Shown one piece after another: positions 33,857 through 46,470 of a stretch of DNA of 64,000 bases. The notes beneath the pieces are model-generated. The model had not been told where the DNA came from, searched no databases, and saw only the letters and a list, made by a program, of their open reading frames with translations. Source of the DNA: Corallochytrium limacisporum Hawaii (Eukaryota > Protista > Pluriformea); the NCBI GenBank assembly GCA_002811645.1, contig PDIP01000032.1, positions 339,213 to 403,212 on the forward strand, read 5' to 3'. How positions within the stretch are numbered: position 1 is the stretch's first letter; each line of letters starts with the position of its first letter. The position numbers were made by a program, and so were the translations under genes.

Positions 33857-36800
33857 AGATGCCTCATCAGCAAATCGGGAGTCCTTTTTTGTTCCCTTTA
33901 GAACACCGGACATGCTGCCTCACACAATAGTACATTTACATTAGAATCCCTGGCGACGCGATCTGATCTCCGCAATTTAGACGGGAAGACGACGGTTCCT
34001 GCTGCATGCTAAAGGCTAGTCAAGGCAGCTGGTCAGGTATCGCAAGCGGTGCTACTCATGGCCATCCTTTTAATGCTCTAGTTTTGCGATACCAAGGAAA
34101 TGGGACGAACGAGGATCTCCAAATTCAGTTTAATCCCCATCCTCCCCCTACTCGAATCTACTTATGCACAGGACCTGCGGTCCGCCCCAGGCTCCACCGT
34201 CTGCCAGGGATATGCAAAACAGTGGCGCGCCTTTGTGGACCAGCCGCTCACCAAGGTACAAAGCACAGACATCGCCAACAGGTCGCGCACCTGCGTTTAC
34301 AAAACTCCAGAGGATTGGAAGAATCGGTGGTTCCAATTTGCTTTGTAAGCCTCCACAAGCGTTCACAGGACACGGAGGATACACGATTAATACGTGGAGG
34401 ATGCTCCCAACACTGCCCCATCCGACCGCCTACACTTCTGCAGACCTCCTTGGGTCATTATCAATATCTATTGTTCTTTGAAAAAAGTTTTGTTCACCGG
34501 CACCAGAACACAGTGGGAGGCTGTCCGGAATTGCGAGCTCGACAGGACACTTGCAGTTGATGCGCGACCAAACTCTTTTTTTCTTTTCTTTTTGATTTTT
34601 TGTCCACTAATCCCCGCAGGAGCCGGAAAGTGTGCACTGGTTCAGTATAGGGTTTTTTTTGGGAGGGGGGCAGAGAGGGTCTGTGTCAAAGGCAAACACT
34701 CTAATCCCCCCCCCCCGGATACGACACCAACGGCAAGGCTTGCGCAGCGGGTTTTGCGGGTCACCCCGATGAAACCCTTTTTTTTTTCTTGGGTGGGTAC
34801 TTTTCTTCAGCGCATCCCCTCCCCCCCGGGGGGGCCCTTCCAATACTTGCTCCCCCTTCTCCGCTTTCCACACCATTGCCCCCGGCCCTGTGAAGTCCGG
34901 CCCCGGATACCTTCCTTACTTCTGCTGCCAGTCAGTAGGCAATCATCGAAAATTTACTCAACGTCTCATTGATCCGGGGATCATGGAAGAGCGAAGGAAT
35001 GAAGCGCTGCATTCTTCATTGACCCACAGGGGCGCGCCCAATGGCAAGGAGCTGCCGAAAGCATACATGGTCACTCAGTCTCGCAGCAAAAGAGGAGCGC
35101 ACTGCTGCAGCTGGTTTGATGTCATCCGAGCAGACCCGTTTTTGTCAGAATGTAGATCCTCGTCCCGCTAATGTCTGTATTCCGCAGCACGACACTGACT
35201 CCCGAAGCTGCACCCGCTGGTTTAAGTTTCGAAGGATCTTGCAAGGGGGTTGCAATTGTGAAGTATATTTGTTTCTGTTTATTGTGAACGTAATCGGATC
35301 TCACCAACTATCGAATTGGGAACATCTACGACCTCGCAAGAATCAGAATCCACCGACATGCAACCATCACCGAGATCGCATCATTGCACAGTTCACTTGA
35401 CTGCGATCCCAATAGGCGCATGCAGACACATGAATCGCAATCGGCCCTCGATTTCGATGTGTGGATGATCGTTGACGTCTTCGTAACACTTGCACTACAC
35501 TTCTGGCCTGGGTCCATAACGAGACGAACGAAGATCTGATTCACCCGAGCGCTGAAAGGTAAAGACTCCATCCGGTTCATTCATTTGATGCAAATGACAG
35601 TGTGAGCCGTTGACCGTAACGACAGCCGAACAATAACATGAGAGTGACAGAGCACAAAACCGGTGACATGAGAGCACATTGTACCAAATTGCATACTCAT
35701 GCTTTGTTGCTCACGCAACGAAAGCACAAATCGCAAAATCTCGTTTGACAGCGGTACGGAACCAAACGGCCAACCAACCCACCCTTCCAAAAAGCAATTG
35801 GCCGTCCGGTCCAGTTAATCCACTACCGAAAACTGACTCCCCCCTCCAGGGGGAGGGGAGGGGGTCCAACACAGTCAGTCAGACCCCGGGCCACCGTGCT
35901 GAGCCCACGGAGACCATAGTACCTTGCCCAAAAAAGGGCAAGCTCCCGAACTTGGGAACGATCTTCCTTTGTGTTCCTTTGGGGAGCGTAGAGAATGCAC
36001 TGGCTTCCGTTTGTCGAGGATGGGTTTCGTGTCCTTCCTTTGGCACCCTCGGGCGCGGTTGCCCGAAAATATCTACTCCGAAATCTATATATAAATGACT
36101 GTAATTTGCTGTAATTTTTTTCGCACAAGCATAATATTGTGTTTTCGTTATGTTATGTGCCGAACCGGACCGGGGCACGGGAGGAGTCCGGACGGCCGTC
36201 CGCGAAACCATGGAACAGCCAGCCCCCTCACGCCTGCGGACGAAAAGCCTATACTTAAGTTATAGAGAGACTGAGTTGGACCACAGTCAAAACACCACTC
36301 TATCGGATTTTCCTACCCCACTAATTGCTCTCATCCACCTCGCTCTAAATTGTCATGCATTTTTGTAAAGGGAAGAAGGAGGGTAGGGGTGGTGTTCAGT
36401 GTTTTTGCTTGCCATTCCCCTCCCCCCCTAACCCTCCATCTTCAACAGTGCACGCGAAGTGGTCCCCCCTTTGTTGTGTTCCCGAATCGCGCGAAACGCG
36501 AGGAGGCTGGCTGGCTAATCAGTGGTGCTCAGGAACACGAGGCACACACGCACGCACCCTTCCATTCAAGACACATTGGCCTTTTTTTGAACCCCCTTTG
36601 GTACCCGTATCATTCGGTACTTTGATTGCCTTCCCGTCTTGGAACTCGACTACCAGCATAGAAAACACGACCAAGCCGCGCCTCTCCATGTCCGGCTATT
36701 TTTCCCTTACTGTATGTAGGGAAGTGCACCCGCTTGGCGTTTGGCAAAGTTTAGGTGATCGATTGTTGCTGTCCAGCAGAGGAGGAGGTGTCCGGGCTAA

Positions 36801-38918
36801 TCGGTGTAACAAAAAATAATACCCAAAAAAGTTAGAGGGTATTGGCTGGCCCAACCAACCCACNNNNNNNNNNNNNNNNNNNNNNNNNNNNNNNNNNNNN
36901 NNNNNNNNNNNNNNNNNNNNNNNNNNNNNNNNNNNNNNNNNNNNNNNNNNNNNNNNNNNNNNNNNNNNNNNNNNNNNNNNNNNNNNNNNNNNNNNNNNNN
37001 NNNNNNNNNNNNNNNNNNNNNNNNNNNNNNNNNNNNNNNNNNNNNNNNNNNNNNNNNNNNNNNNNNNNNNNNNNNNNNNNNNNNNCCCCCCCTCCATCCC
37101 AAGAGTTCTTAAACCTTTGGGTCGAAGGAACATTGAAAATAAACGAAAACACACGCGTCCTTGCCTGCCCTGGAGAGGGGGAGCGGGCGGGGGATGGGCG
37201 AAAGGGTTAAGGACTAAAGCAACCAAAAAAATATACAAAAAAAAGAGAATAAAAGCACACGCACACACGGACAAATAGAAGAAAAACCAGCAGGCAAACA
37301 CTGCAAAAACAAAAGGAAAGTGCACATGGTGAAACTCCCCCTTTTTTGCCATTGCCTGTATTCAGTACTGAACGGTAGGACGGATTTCAAAGGGTTGGCC
37401 GGTAACCCAGCAATCGGTGACGGATCTGACAAGGAAAGAAAAGAAAGAAAAAAGAAAGGAACGTGTGACGGGACAGCCAGCGACCAGTTTGGGCGGTGGG
37501 TCCCGCAAGGGGGAGGGGGGAAGCCAAGGGAAGGGGAGCTCTCCAGAAACTCAAGAGCCAGAATAATAGTACTGAATGTATGGTACTAAGACGGCAAGGA
37601 GGGGCACCTTCCTCCCCACCGTGGGCAGACGAATTGTGAGATTGGGCAGGACCGGTCGGCAAAATGCGGGAGACGGCCGGAGGAGGGGGAAAGGGTGAGC
37701 GGGCACCGTTCCAAAATTCAAGGATCTCGAGCGCCAGGCCGGTGCGGTCGATGGCATTTTGGTGGTCCGCTTTTCATAATAGTGTCAATATTAAATACCA
37801 AATGACTGTAATATTTTCTAGTTAAATCGCTATATTGCTGTCGAAATCGTGGACAGTCCAACGGGGTCAGGCACACGTTTTTTCCGACGTCGAAGGTGGC
37901 TCCCCCCGGGGGGGGGGGGGAGAGAGAGAGAGCACTTTGCCCGGGCATTTCTCCGGAGGAACGGGACAGACCCCCTTCGGCGGAGCGGCAGAGAAGGAGA
38001 GAGCTTTGAGGGCCCCCCCCCCGGTTGCCGCGGTCCCCAAATTCAAATAGAAAAAAAAAAGAAATAATGCCAAAAAAAAAACCCGTACTCAGCAAACGTA
38101 AGAGAGAGTATACGGAACGAAAAAATCTGGCCCCACTCTGTCTCTTCCCTCCCCCCTCCCCCCTTCCGGGGTGTTCTCTCGCTCGCGCGCCCCGGGGAGA
38201 GAGACGGACAAAAGAGAGAGGGGGGAACACAGAGAGAGAGAGGGAGAGAAGGCTGGGGCGAGGAAGAGAGGGGATAATTTTCAAAAAAGAAAAGAAAAGA
38301 AGAGAAGAATGAAACGATGAGAGTTTTGGTTGGCGCAGACAGAGAGACAGCCAGAGAGAGAGAGAGAGAGAGCAAAAAAAAAAAGAGAAAAGGAAGGGGA
38401 GGACGGGTCTGGTTTTCTTGAGTAGTGGGGTCGTACCATCGCCTGTCAGGGTTTTTAGTAATGAACGTATGGCACCCCTAAGACGGTGGAGGAGAATTGA
38501 TTTCGTAGCCAGCTTAAAAGGGAGCGCTGGCTTGGCCTGCGCGGGTGTTGGCCTTTGGCGAGGGGTTCGGCCAAAGGGGAAGAGGCAGACGGAATCTTGT
38601 CCGAGTCGGGTTCGTTTGGTTTGTCAAGGTTCTTTGATTTGTGCCCAACGTGCGTGTTTCGTCCCGTGCTTTAGATTTTGAAACACAAGGTTCATACAAG
38701 GACAAAAGCGTTCCTAAATTATCAGACATACCATCGCGTATCAGTGCATTACGTGTTGAGCTGTCTTGGTAGAAAAGGATCCCTGCCATCTGTTACCAAA
38801 GAAGTTAATCTTCTGCCGTTAACCTTAGAATTCGTACTAGATGGGCTTAGTGGATAGGTACTAGGTCCTTACTATTCCTTTGTTCTCAAAGAATCAGATA
38901 GGTTCATAAAACACAGCC

Positions 38919-40619
38919 ATGCCTGCCTTCTTCTTCAATGTGAACATTCCGGAGACGGTCAATCTGACCGTTCGCCACTATAGCCTCCTGCACCGGAGGA
39001 CTGTGGCCCCCGCGCATGGCGGGGGTCTGCCAATGCCTAATTCGCTCGGAGTCGTGGAAACTGAAACGGGAACCTTGCCTAAATACAATACGGCCCGCAT
39101 GATGAAAGATGCCAAGGACCTAACTTCTAAGACCTTGGCACGCGGCAAGGCTTTGGCTGAGGCGCCTATGAAGACGGCCGACGTGATGAACAAGATCCTG
39201 CGTGGATCTGATCTCGAATCCAACGATGGCAATGGTGAAATTGTCATTGATATCGACGAATGCCCTGACGAGGACCGTCTGCAGGCTGAAGTTGATGACG
39301 AAGAGTCTCCGCTGACCAATGTGGAGTTCCAAACCTGGCCCGTCGCCACCCACCTGCACATGATGTTGGAGGCCAACGGCATTGTTAATGCGGTATGGCA
39401 CAAAATTGATAGCCATGAAGACGAGAGTGAAAAGTACGACCAGCTGCAAATGGGAGTCAGTTTGGAAACGGAAGATGCGGGGAAGCTTGAGGCAAAGCCA
39501 CAAATGTGGAACGTTCAATTCATTCATAAGGACGGTGACACGCTCCTGCGGCTGTTGGGTGAACAGGGTATTGGTAATGCATTTGGCAAGCTCTGGGTAC
39601 AGCCTGTTCATATTTTCAAGGACGCCGCTGAGCGCAAGGCTAAGGCCAGGAAAGAAAAGAAAGAAATGATGGAAAGTGAAAGCGAGGGATCCAAGAAAGC
39701 CCAGAGCCGGATGTCCGAACGGATGAAGACTTTCCGCGAGTCGGTCAAGTCAAAGCTGATCATTGAAGAATTGGCTGAGAACATCTCCGGCTCTGCTGAG
39801 CTCACATTTGACTACGTCGCCCTTTGCTCGTGTGCTGCTCTCATTGCCGGACTGGGTCTGATTTTCGACTCTGTTGTCACCGTCATTGCAGCCATGCTGG
39901 TGTCCCCCATTATGGGTCCCATCATGTCTTTTGTGTTTGGTCGCCTTACGAAGCGGTATGAGATGGTTTCCCAAGGTCTCCTGTCCGAGGGTGTCGGTAT
40001 CTCCGTGTGCTACCTCACAGGAATCTTTCTCGGTTTCCTTCATGTCTTTGGCCGCGAGGTTGTGACCGGTACCGAATACACTCTGCCCAATGAGGTTTTG
40101 AACCGTGGTAACTGGGAGGCTGTGGTTCAAGGTGCCTTGATTGCCATTCCGTCCGGTGCTGCGGTGGCAGTGTCCCTGCTGCAGAATAACCAGGCCTCCC
40201 TTGTAGGTGTGGCCATTTCTGCCTCTCTGCTGCCTCCGTTGGTCAATTCTGGCATTCTCTTGACGATTGGTGCCTGCTACACCAGCGTTTTCCAGGAGGA
40301 ATTCTCCCGCGGAGAGTACTTCGAGATGGCTGGGTGGTCTGCTCTCATTGCCTTCGCCAATATCCTTGTGATCATTATCATTGCCGACCTCACGCTGCGA
40401 TTGAAGAGTGTTGGCGCCCTGCCGGGTGACTCCGACTTCTATAAGACGACTCTGAAGTTTGCCGACCGCTCCATCCGTGTTAACAGCAAGGCTGACTCCC
40501 ACGACTGGCAAGGAGAAGAGGTTAACATGGACGAACTTAGAGCGCTCGCGGAGGGTTTCAGTGGGAACACCCCCGGCGATGACGTTGGCGTTTCGCGGAG
40601 AACGCGCTGGATGAAATAA
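38919..40619 (+). CDS. DUF389-family multi-pass membrane protein
   Basis: AALIAGLGL..VTVIAAMLVSPIMGPI and LVGVAISASLLPPLVNSG are DUF389 signature segments; about 7 hydrophobic helices after a soluble N-terminal region. Confidence 0.88.
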   Translation: MPAFFFNVNIPETVNLTVRHYSLLHRRTVAPAHGGGLPMPNSLGVVETETGTLPKYNTARMMKDAKDLTSKTLARGKALAEAPMKTADVMNKILRGSDLESNDGNGEIVIDIDECPDEDRLQAEVDDEESPLTNVEFQTWPVATHLHMMLEANGIVNAVWHKIDSHEDESEKYDQLQMGVSLETEDAGKLEAKPQMWNVQFIHKDGDTLLRLLGEQGIGNAFGKLWVQPVHIFKDAAERKAKARKEKKEMMESESEGSKKAQSRMSERMKTFRESVKSKLIIEELAENISGSAELTFDYVALCSCAALIAGLGLIFDSVVTVIAAMLVSPIMGPIMSFVFGRLTKRYEMVSQGLLSEGVGISVCYLTGIFLGFLHVFGREVVTGTEYTLPNEVLNRGNWEAVVQGALIAIPSGAAVAVSLLQNNQASLVGVAISASLLPPLVNSGILLTIGACYTSVFQEEFSRGEYFEMAGWSALIAFANILVIIIIADLTLRLKSVGALPGDSDFYKTTLKFADRSIRVNSKADSHDWQGEEVNMDELRALAEGFSGNTPGDDVGVSRRTRWMK

Positions 40620-40860
40620 GTGCGTGACCCTGTCCGGCAGTTTGAGTTAGGCATGGTTGCTTCATCATTTCTTGACCTTTTTATTCCCATACAATTCCTT
40701 TCTTCATAATAGATAGTTTAACATCATGATTCCACTACACAATTATTTGTTTTACACACTCGATTGGTGCACACGCTCAGAGTACAGATGTGTATTTTAC
40801 AGTTTTGAATGGCCTACATTTCTTCTGTCATTCTTGTCAGGCAACTGTCTGCTTGACTCT

Positions 40861-41994
40861 TTAGACGCCGGCAATCTTTGCCATGTTGGACTCGTATATG
40901 TCCAGGGAATGCTGGGCGACACCAGAGTACAGGGAAGGTGCATAGTCAGCACCCTCAACCAGCTGGCTGGCGTAACGCTGTGTGAAGTAGAACACATTGG
41001 CTTCTACAGCATGTTTATAGGCGAAAGCCACAATGCCACTAACAATGTCAAAGTTGTTGACCCAACGGTAGATGTCAAGTTCTGGGCGGGTAGCAAGGCG
41101 GGCTGCGGACGCGGAGGTCCAAACCTCCGGGGCACCAAAGGTGTGCAGCTGAGCGCATCCGTTGCAGTTAAAGAAACCAGCATCGTTCTGCACAGCAGCG
41201 TACCAGTTGGCCATGGCACCACCCTTGGAATGTCCTGTAATGATGTGGCCACCGTCGCAGTAGCCAGCGGCAAGGAATTGGGCATGCTTGGACTTAACTT
41301 TGCCATAGACGTCGTTCATTTCATCGTAGAAGCCGCGGTGGCCAGTGTAAGACCCTTTGGTTATGCTAAGGGCATTGATGTTAGAGATCCAATCACTAGC
41401 ATCATCACTACCTTCAAAAGACACGTAACAGATATTGTCTGCATCGCGGGCCACTATCGAGGTGTCAGCGCCATTGTCTGTGGTGTAACGATGCCATTCC
41501 GTCAGGCTAGGAATGGCAGGGGCAAAGTTTCCGTAGGTGGCCTGGGCCACCTTCACGGCTTTCCAGCCTGCCAAATAGGTAGGATCGTTCTCTGCAGCAT
41601 CATTTTGGTCCGATACAATCATACGCATAGTGCAGGAAGCCTCCTTGCAGCGAAAATTAAGACTGAAGCTGCCGATGCCGGTGATGTCAACGTTATGGGT
41701 GCAGACGTGGTCATCGGGTCCAATCGTGTCGTATTCCCACACTTCAAGGGTGACACGCGAGGAATCCTGGCCCCACGCAAGGTTCTCATTCCATTCAGGA
41801 GTTTGGTCATTGCTGTCCTCACTAGTAGCGAGCTTGAACCCAGGGATAAAGACGTAGAAGTCACCGTGATCGAAAGTATCAGCCCAGTAGTAGATTTTAC
41901 CGCAGGACATTGAGTCAAGGGTGACCTCGTAGGCGTTGGCAGCTCCTGCCATGGTGGCAGCCGTAAGGATAAGAAGACGGACGGCAAATTTCAT
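40861..41994 (-). CDS. Secreted C2-domain + class 3 lipase
   Basis: Signal peptide MKFAVRLLILTAATMAGAANA; C2 motifs TPEWNE and LEVWEYDTIGPDD; lipase_3 motifs VSFEGS..DWISN, HRGF, ITGHSKGGAMA, TFGAP, RWVNNFDIV and HSLDIY. Confidence 0.88.
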   Translation of the reverse strand: MKFAVRLLILTAATMAGAANAYEVTLDSMSCGKIYYWADTFDHGDFYVFIPGFKLATSEDSNDQTPEWNENLAWGQDSSRVTLEVWEYDTIGPDDHVCTHNVDITGIGSFSLNFRCKEASCTMRMIVSDQNDAAENDPTYLAGWKAVKVAQATYGNFAPAIPSLTEWHRYTTDNGADTSIVARDADNICYVSFEGSDDASDWISNINALSITKGSYTGHRGFYDEMNDVYGKVKSKHAQFLAAGYCDGGHIITGHSKGGAMANWYAAVQNDAGFFNCNGCAQLHTFGAPEVWTSASAARLATRPELDIYRWVNNFDIVSGIVAFAYKHAVEANVFYFTQRYASQLVEGADYAPSLYSGVAQHSLDIYESNMAKIAGV

Positions 41995-42090
41995 CTTGAT
42001 GTGAAGTCTGTTGCGGAGGGAAAGCTGATTAGAACGGAGAAAGCTTACGAGACTCGTGTCGACAGCCCAACTGTTCAGGATCGACAATCT

Positions 42091-42098
42091 CTTTTATA
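42091..42098 (-). promoter_or_regulatory. TATA box of the lipase gene
   Basis: Minus strand GCTATAAAAGAG about 97 nt upstream of the ATG at 41994. Confidence 0.55.
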
Positions 42099-43262
42099 GC
42101 TCCACATGAACACCATAACACTGCCCAACGGAACCATACATGGGAGTATCCGGCCAACAAAGGAACCCTCACATCACGCTCAATGTGCAGAGCTTGGTTT
42201 TGTAGGACGATGCGTGCTAATGATGATGTCAAAGCAGCTCTCACTGCAATTCCGGCTCCGTGGAACACTGGATCGCAGCCTTTTCCCCCCTCCCCGGCCC
42301 CCTGGCGGCCACCCGATCCCTACGCCCATCACCCCCACTGCGCAGAAACAAGACCCCGGTGAACGGGTATTCGACCCTGGTCCAAGTCTCATCATCAGCC
42401 AATTTGTGACCGTACTAGCGCCCCCTGAAGAGCCTTTTCTCATCCCATCCAGCAATGAAAGAAGTTGCGTATGCTACGTCTCCGTTTACTTGACGAATCA
42501 AAGCACTCGGTGCTGAGGACCCTGGACGGTGTCCGTTCGCAAAGATTGCGCATCTACGACGCGATAGTTTGCTCAGTTTACGATACCTCGCAGTGGTAGT
42601 GTTCAGCCTTCATAGAGTTAGAGTAGGCCACCACGGCGCATCCCCATGATCTCGTCTATGGACCTCCACCGCAGCTGTGGGCGCAACATCCAGCGACTTC
42701 ATCCACAGCCCCAAAGCCAATGAATCTAGCGGCCACTTTCGACTCCACGGTAACCAGAGCCCAAAGGGCCTTCTCCAGATCTTTCATCCCTACCGTCGTG
42801 TCACAATTTTCTATGACTTTTGGTTGCGCCTGGTCGTTCTTCCGATCGCCGCCCAAGTGGGTGCGAGCGCGCTCCTCCAGGTCCGCTGGAGTTCTGTGGC
42901 CCTTCACGCTTTTCTTTTTCGCTTTCGTTCCATTCTTCTCAATTGTTTTCCGCTCTCTCCAATTGTCCCACCGTTGTAGTAAGAACAAAAACATTCGTTG
43001 AATGTCCGATTATAGTCTTTGCCCGTCTTTGCTCACACCCCCACTTGCTGCGTCCTGCTCTCCTTCCTTCCTTCCAAAACCATCCACCCGATGCCCCGTG
43101 ACCCTTCCTTGCCTCCCTGCGGTCCTCAGTGTTAGGCTAACCGTCTATACCGTGCAACTCTCCGGTGGACGCAGAACGAAATGCGAGAAACCCTCGCGGC
43201 CGATCACGCCCCTCCGTGTGCAGCACGATCCAAAAACCCACTCGTGCCTCCCCTCTCCCTCT

Positions 43263-43353
43263 CCCTTTGCCCCCCCCCCCGGGCGTCGAGCGGCCCATTC
43301 TCACACACAGCAGAAACCACTTTTTCACGAAAACGAAGGGGACCCATCCCCCC
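43263..43353 (+). repeat. 91-bp direct repeat, copy 1
   Basis: Identical to 43948-44038 and bounded by poly-C tracts. Confidence 0.9.
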
Positions 43354-43947
43354 ACCCCCGGCGGTGCAAACACTAAAACTCCAAGCGGGAGGGGGGGGAT
43401 GTGACGGGTTTGCGACGAGGGTCGTAGTACATTTACTATTACCCGCAAAGTCATCGGTAAAATGCCGGGAAGGCAACCGGAAAGGCTTGACGTCGACCGG
43501 TGCGCCACACGCACACACGCACACACGCACAAACTCCACCTGCCAGCAGTCCGCCGCCCCCTCCCACCCCCCACACTCCACCTCCTCCCTCGCCCATCCA
43601 CCCGCGTCAGAAGAAGAAAATCCAAAGTTTACCGGCCTTGGATCTATTTCCTGTCGCTCCACGTTCTCTATGGGATATGTTCCCATATGCCCTGAACGTG
43701 CAATGGCTGTTTTGGTTTCTATTTGTTATTCTTCGATTGTGGTAACCCACACACCCATACCCCCTCACTGGGCTCTAACCGGTCCCTCCCTCCCTCCCCC
43801 CCCTTCACTCCTTCTTGGCGTTCTCGCGGTAGTGCGCCTATTGCGCAAAAGGGGCCCCTCACTGGAAGTCCGAAGGCACACTTTGTGCTCCGGGACGTTG
43901 TAAACGGCCAGTTCGGGACCATAAGCCGCTGGGCGCCCCCCCCCCCC

Positions 43948-44038
43948 CCCTTTGCCCCCCCCCCCGGGCGTCGAGCGGCCCATTCTCACACACAGCAGAA
44001 ACCACTTTTTCACGAAAACGAAGGGGACCCATCCCCCC
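43948..44038 (+). repeat. 91-bp direct repeat, copy 2
   Basis: Identical to 43263-43353 (offset 685 bp). Confidence 0.9.
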
Positions 44039-45864
44039 CTCTCCGTAATACTTCCCCACTTCCCTTCAGGTGGGGCGAGGGAGAGAGCGCTGCAGTACAC
44101 AACGTACGACGAAAAATCCTTCGGAGTTGTGCGGGTAGGGAACCCCACACCCATGGGGAAGGACGCACGTGTGGCAGAGCTCGGCAGTGGTGCAGGGGTT
44201 TGTGATCGCGTTGCATTTGTTAGTCTCTGCTGGCCCTACGTTCCTGACGTGAACTTCGCATACCCACTGAAGATTTAGACAGAGCTTGGGGACTTGTCAA
44301 GGAGCAACGTTTGACGAAGAAGATGACAGGATCGATACTGCGCAGTGGTTTTAGTGATGACGAGGCGTGCTCGAGGGCGCCGGAGCGCTCTGTGGGTCTC
44401 TGGACGGGCATAGTCACGTCTCTTTGACTTCGTAGACATATCCTTCAGGAGTTTTGCACAGTGGCATGCAAATAGGCAGAGGATCGTGGAATGCATTTCC
44501 ACAAAGATATGGCATTTAGACTGTATGTTAGAGTCGTATCTGCGTCAGATAGATGCATTCGAATAGACGGAATACCATGTTTGGAGGTTTGGATGGTATT
44601 GCTAGTAATGACATGGTAGCGGGATGGAGCCAATGGTAGAAACTATGCGAACATATTACCGTGTCATGGAAGGGCCACGCCTCCCCCTAAACTGTGTATG
44701 CACAACAACGACAATATGACCGAAACGATTCAGCAATCAAAGTGGGTACAGCAATACCTTTATGATCGACGTTATGCGAGTACACTTGGCGCCTTCAAAT
44801 CTACCCGTGACGTTCTTTCCTCTGTTTGCGCAGCAACACTTCCGAATACAAGGGCGGCATGATCCATGCAGTGTCCACTGCGCAATGCAACGAGCGTCAC
44901 AGGAACGATGCGGAAACAGCATGCCAGGACGGTATCTTAGGTTGATTCTCCAGTTGTGCGTCGTACTTGGCTCGCTTGGAGCGTGTCACGGTGTCCGTTC
45001 CCTAATATTGTACCAGAAATAGAAGAACAGCAGCGGAGGGATGCGCATCCTGAAGGGTACAAAACAGATGAGGTAACGGCCAGGACACGGCTTGTCAGGC
45101 GGTGTCGTGCGTGACCATCTTTCCCTCGGTTGATAAATAGGCCCCAGTCCTGATTTTCAAAGAAGTGATTGATACGTATATAAATTACAATTGTGTTCCG
45201 TAGTCAATGTACCGCTTGCAGAGAGGGAAGTACTTTCAGTATAGCAGCGTGGTGGGGGGGATGCGTTGGCCAGTGTCGGCTCAGGATCCTCTCCCGGTGC
45301 CGTCATATTCGGTAGCAGACGTAAGTCTGCCTGTGCGGTCAAACAGGTGCTGGTATGGGACACCTTAGATTGGTTACTTAACGATCGAAATGGATACGAA
45401 CATAGTCGTGGGTCATTTGGTTAATGATGTTGACCCCCTTCGCCTCTGACAGTAGGGGTTGTAGCGGAGAACGGCAATGTGAATTGGCCACTGCGAGGTT
45501 GTGCAGCACTAGTAATTGCCTTGAACACTTTGTCAAGACATGGCACCAAAGAAAGGTCCTGGGCCTAGCCGGGTATTAGCACAATGGGGAGTGATCATTG
45601 TAGCCGGTGTGAGCATTTTCGTATTCGCACAGAAGGATATCACTCGCCGGCGGGTAGATGTTCTCAAACGTGAGCAGGAAGAAGACAAGAAGGCCTCATC
45701 ATAGCAATGGCTACACCATACCTATTGGAAACATGTCACATGGGCTGCTCTGATGCGCTGTGACATTAGTTTCACTTGCGATACTGAAAGTCTTGATCGA
45801 CGCAGAATGATGTTTAACGCTTGTTTAATACGAAATCATGATACATAACAGATATAAAGCAAAA

Positions 45865-46470
45865 TTACAAAATTGTACAGTTCCGGCAGCAATCGTAATA
45901 CGAGGGCACTGGCACAACCTGATCATCCTGCAGCAATGGCGTGCCCTCTGTTGCATGTGCATCGCCAGCAAGCACCTTCTTCATCTCCTTTGAGAGCACC
46001 GCCTCACCCGAGAGGCGAGCCTTCTGCACAGCTCCTGCCCTTGCCGGCTCCCCGGAGTTTGCTCTCGATGCGGATTTGCCCTGGCCACCGTCTCCCTGTT
46101 TCTCTTCAGCAATAACCTGGTCGCCCGACTCTAGAGGTTTCTGCTCATCGTCTGCCATGGCCTTTCCAGGTGAACTGCCGCTGGCCTCGCCCTCGATCAT
46201 GTTTTCGAGGCTATTCAGAGCGGCCATTGCGTCCTGTTCCTCTTTCTCTGCTTGCTCCTGCTCCCTGGTGTATGCATCAAGGTCCTTCCTCATCTTCTTT
46301 GACCGGTTTCGACCAATCACACTTGTGAACTTCTTGCCCACTGACCTCACCTTTTTTAGACTCTCCGTGCTGTAGGACTTAAGCCCCCGAGGGCTCTCGG
46401 AGCCAGGGGCGGCGTTGTGAGGCGAGTCGTCACGGACCTTTTGTGGCGAGTCTTCCGCTTGTGATGACAT
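45865..46470 (-). CDS. Uncharacterised 201-aa hydrophilic protein with a C-terminal CaaX box
   Basis: ATG-initiated ORF with a short coiled coil, a dileucine motif EGTPLL, and the ending CCRNCTIL*. Confidence 0.75.
   Translation of the reverse strand: MSSQAEDSPQKVRDDSPHNAAPGSESPRGLKSYSTESLKKVRSVGKKFTSVIGRNRSKKMRKDLDAYTREQEQAEKEEQDAMAALNSLENMIEGEASGSSPGKAMADDEQKPLESGDQVIAEEKQGDGGQGKSASRANSGEPARAGAVQKARLSGEAVLSKEMKKVLAGDAHATEGTPLLQDDQVVPVPSYYDCCRNCTIL

Noticed and set aside
40726-41913. 395-aa ORF antisense to the lipase
   Set aside because: Mirror-frame shadow of a codon-biased gene with no recognisable motifs. The same applies to antisense ORFs over the zinc-finger gene, DRAP1, the DUF389 gene and RAD6.
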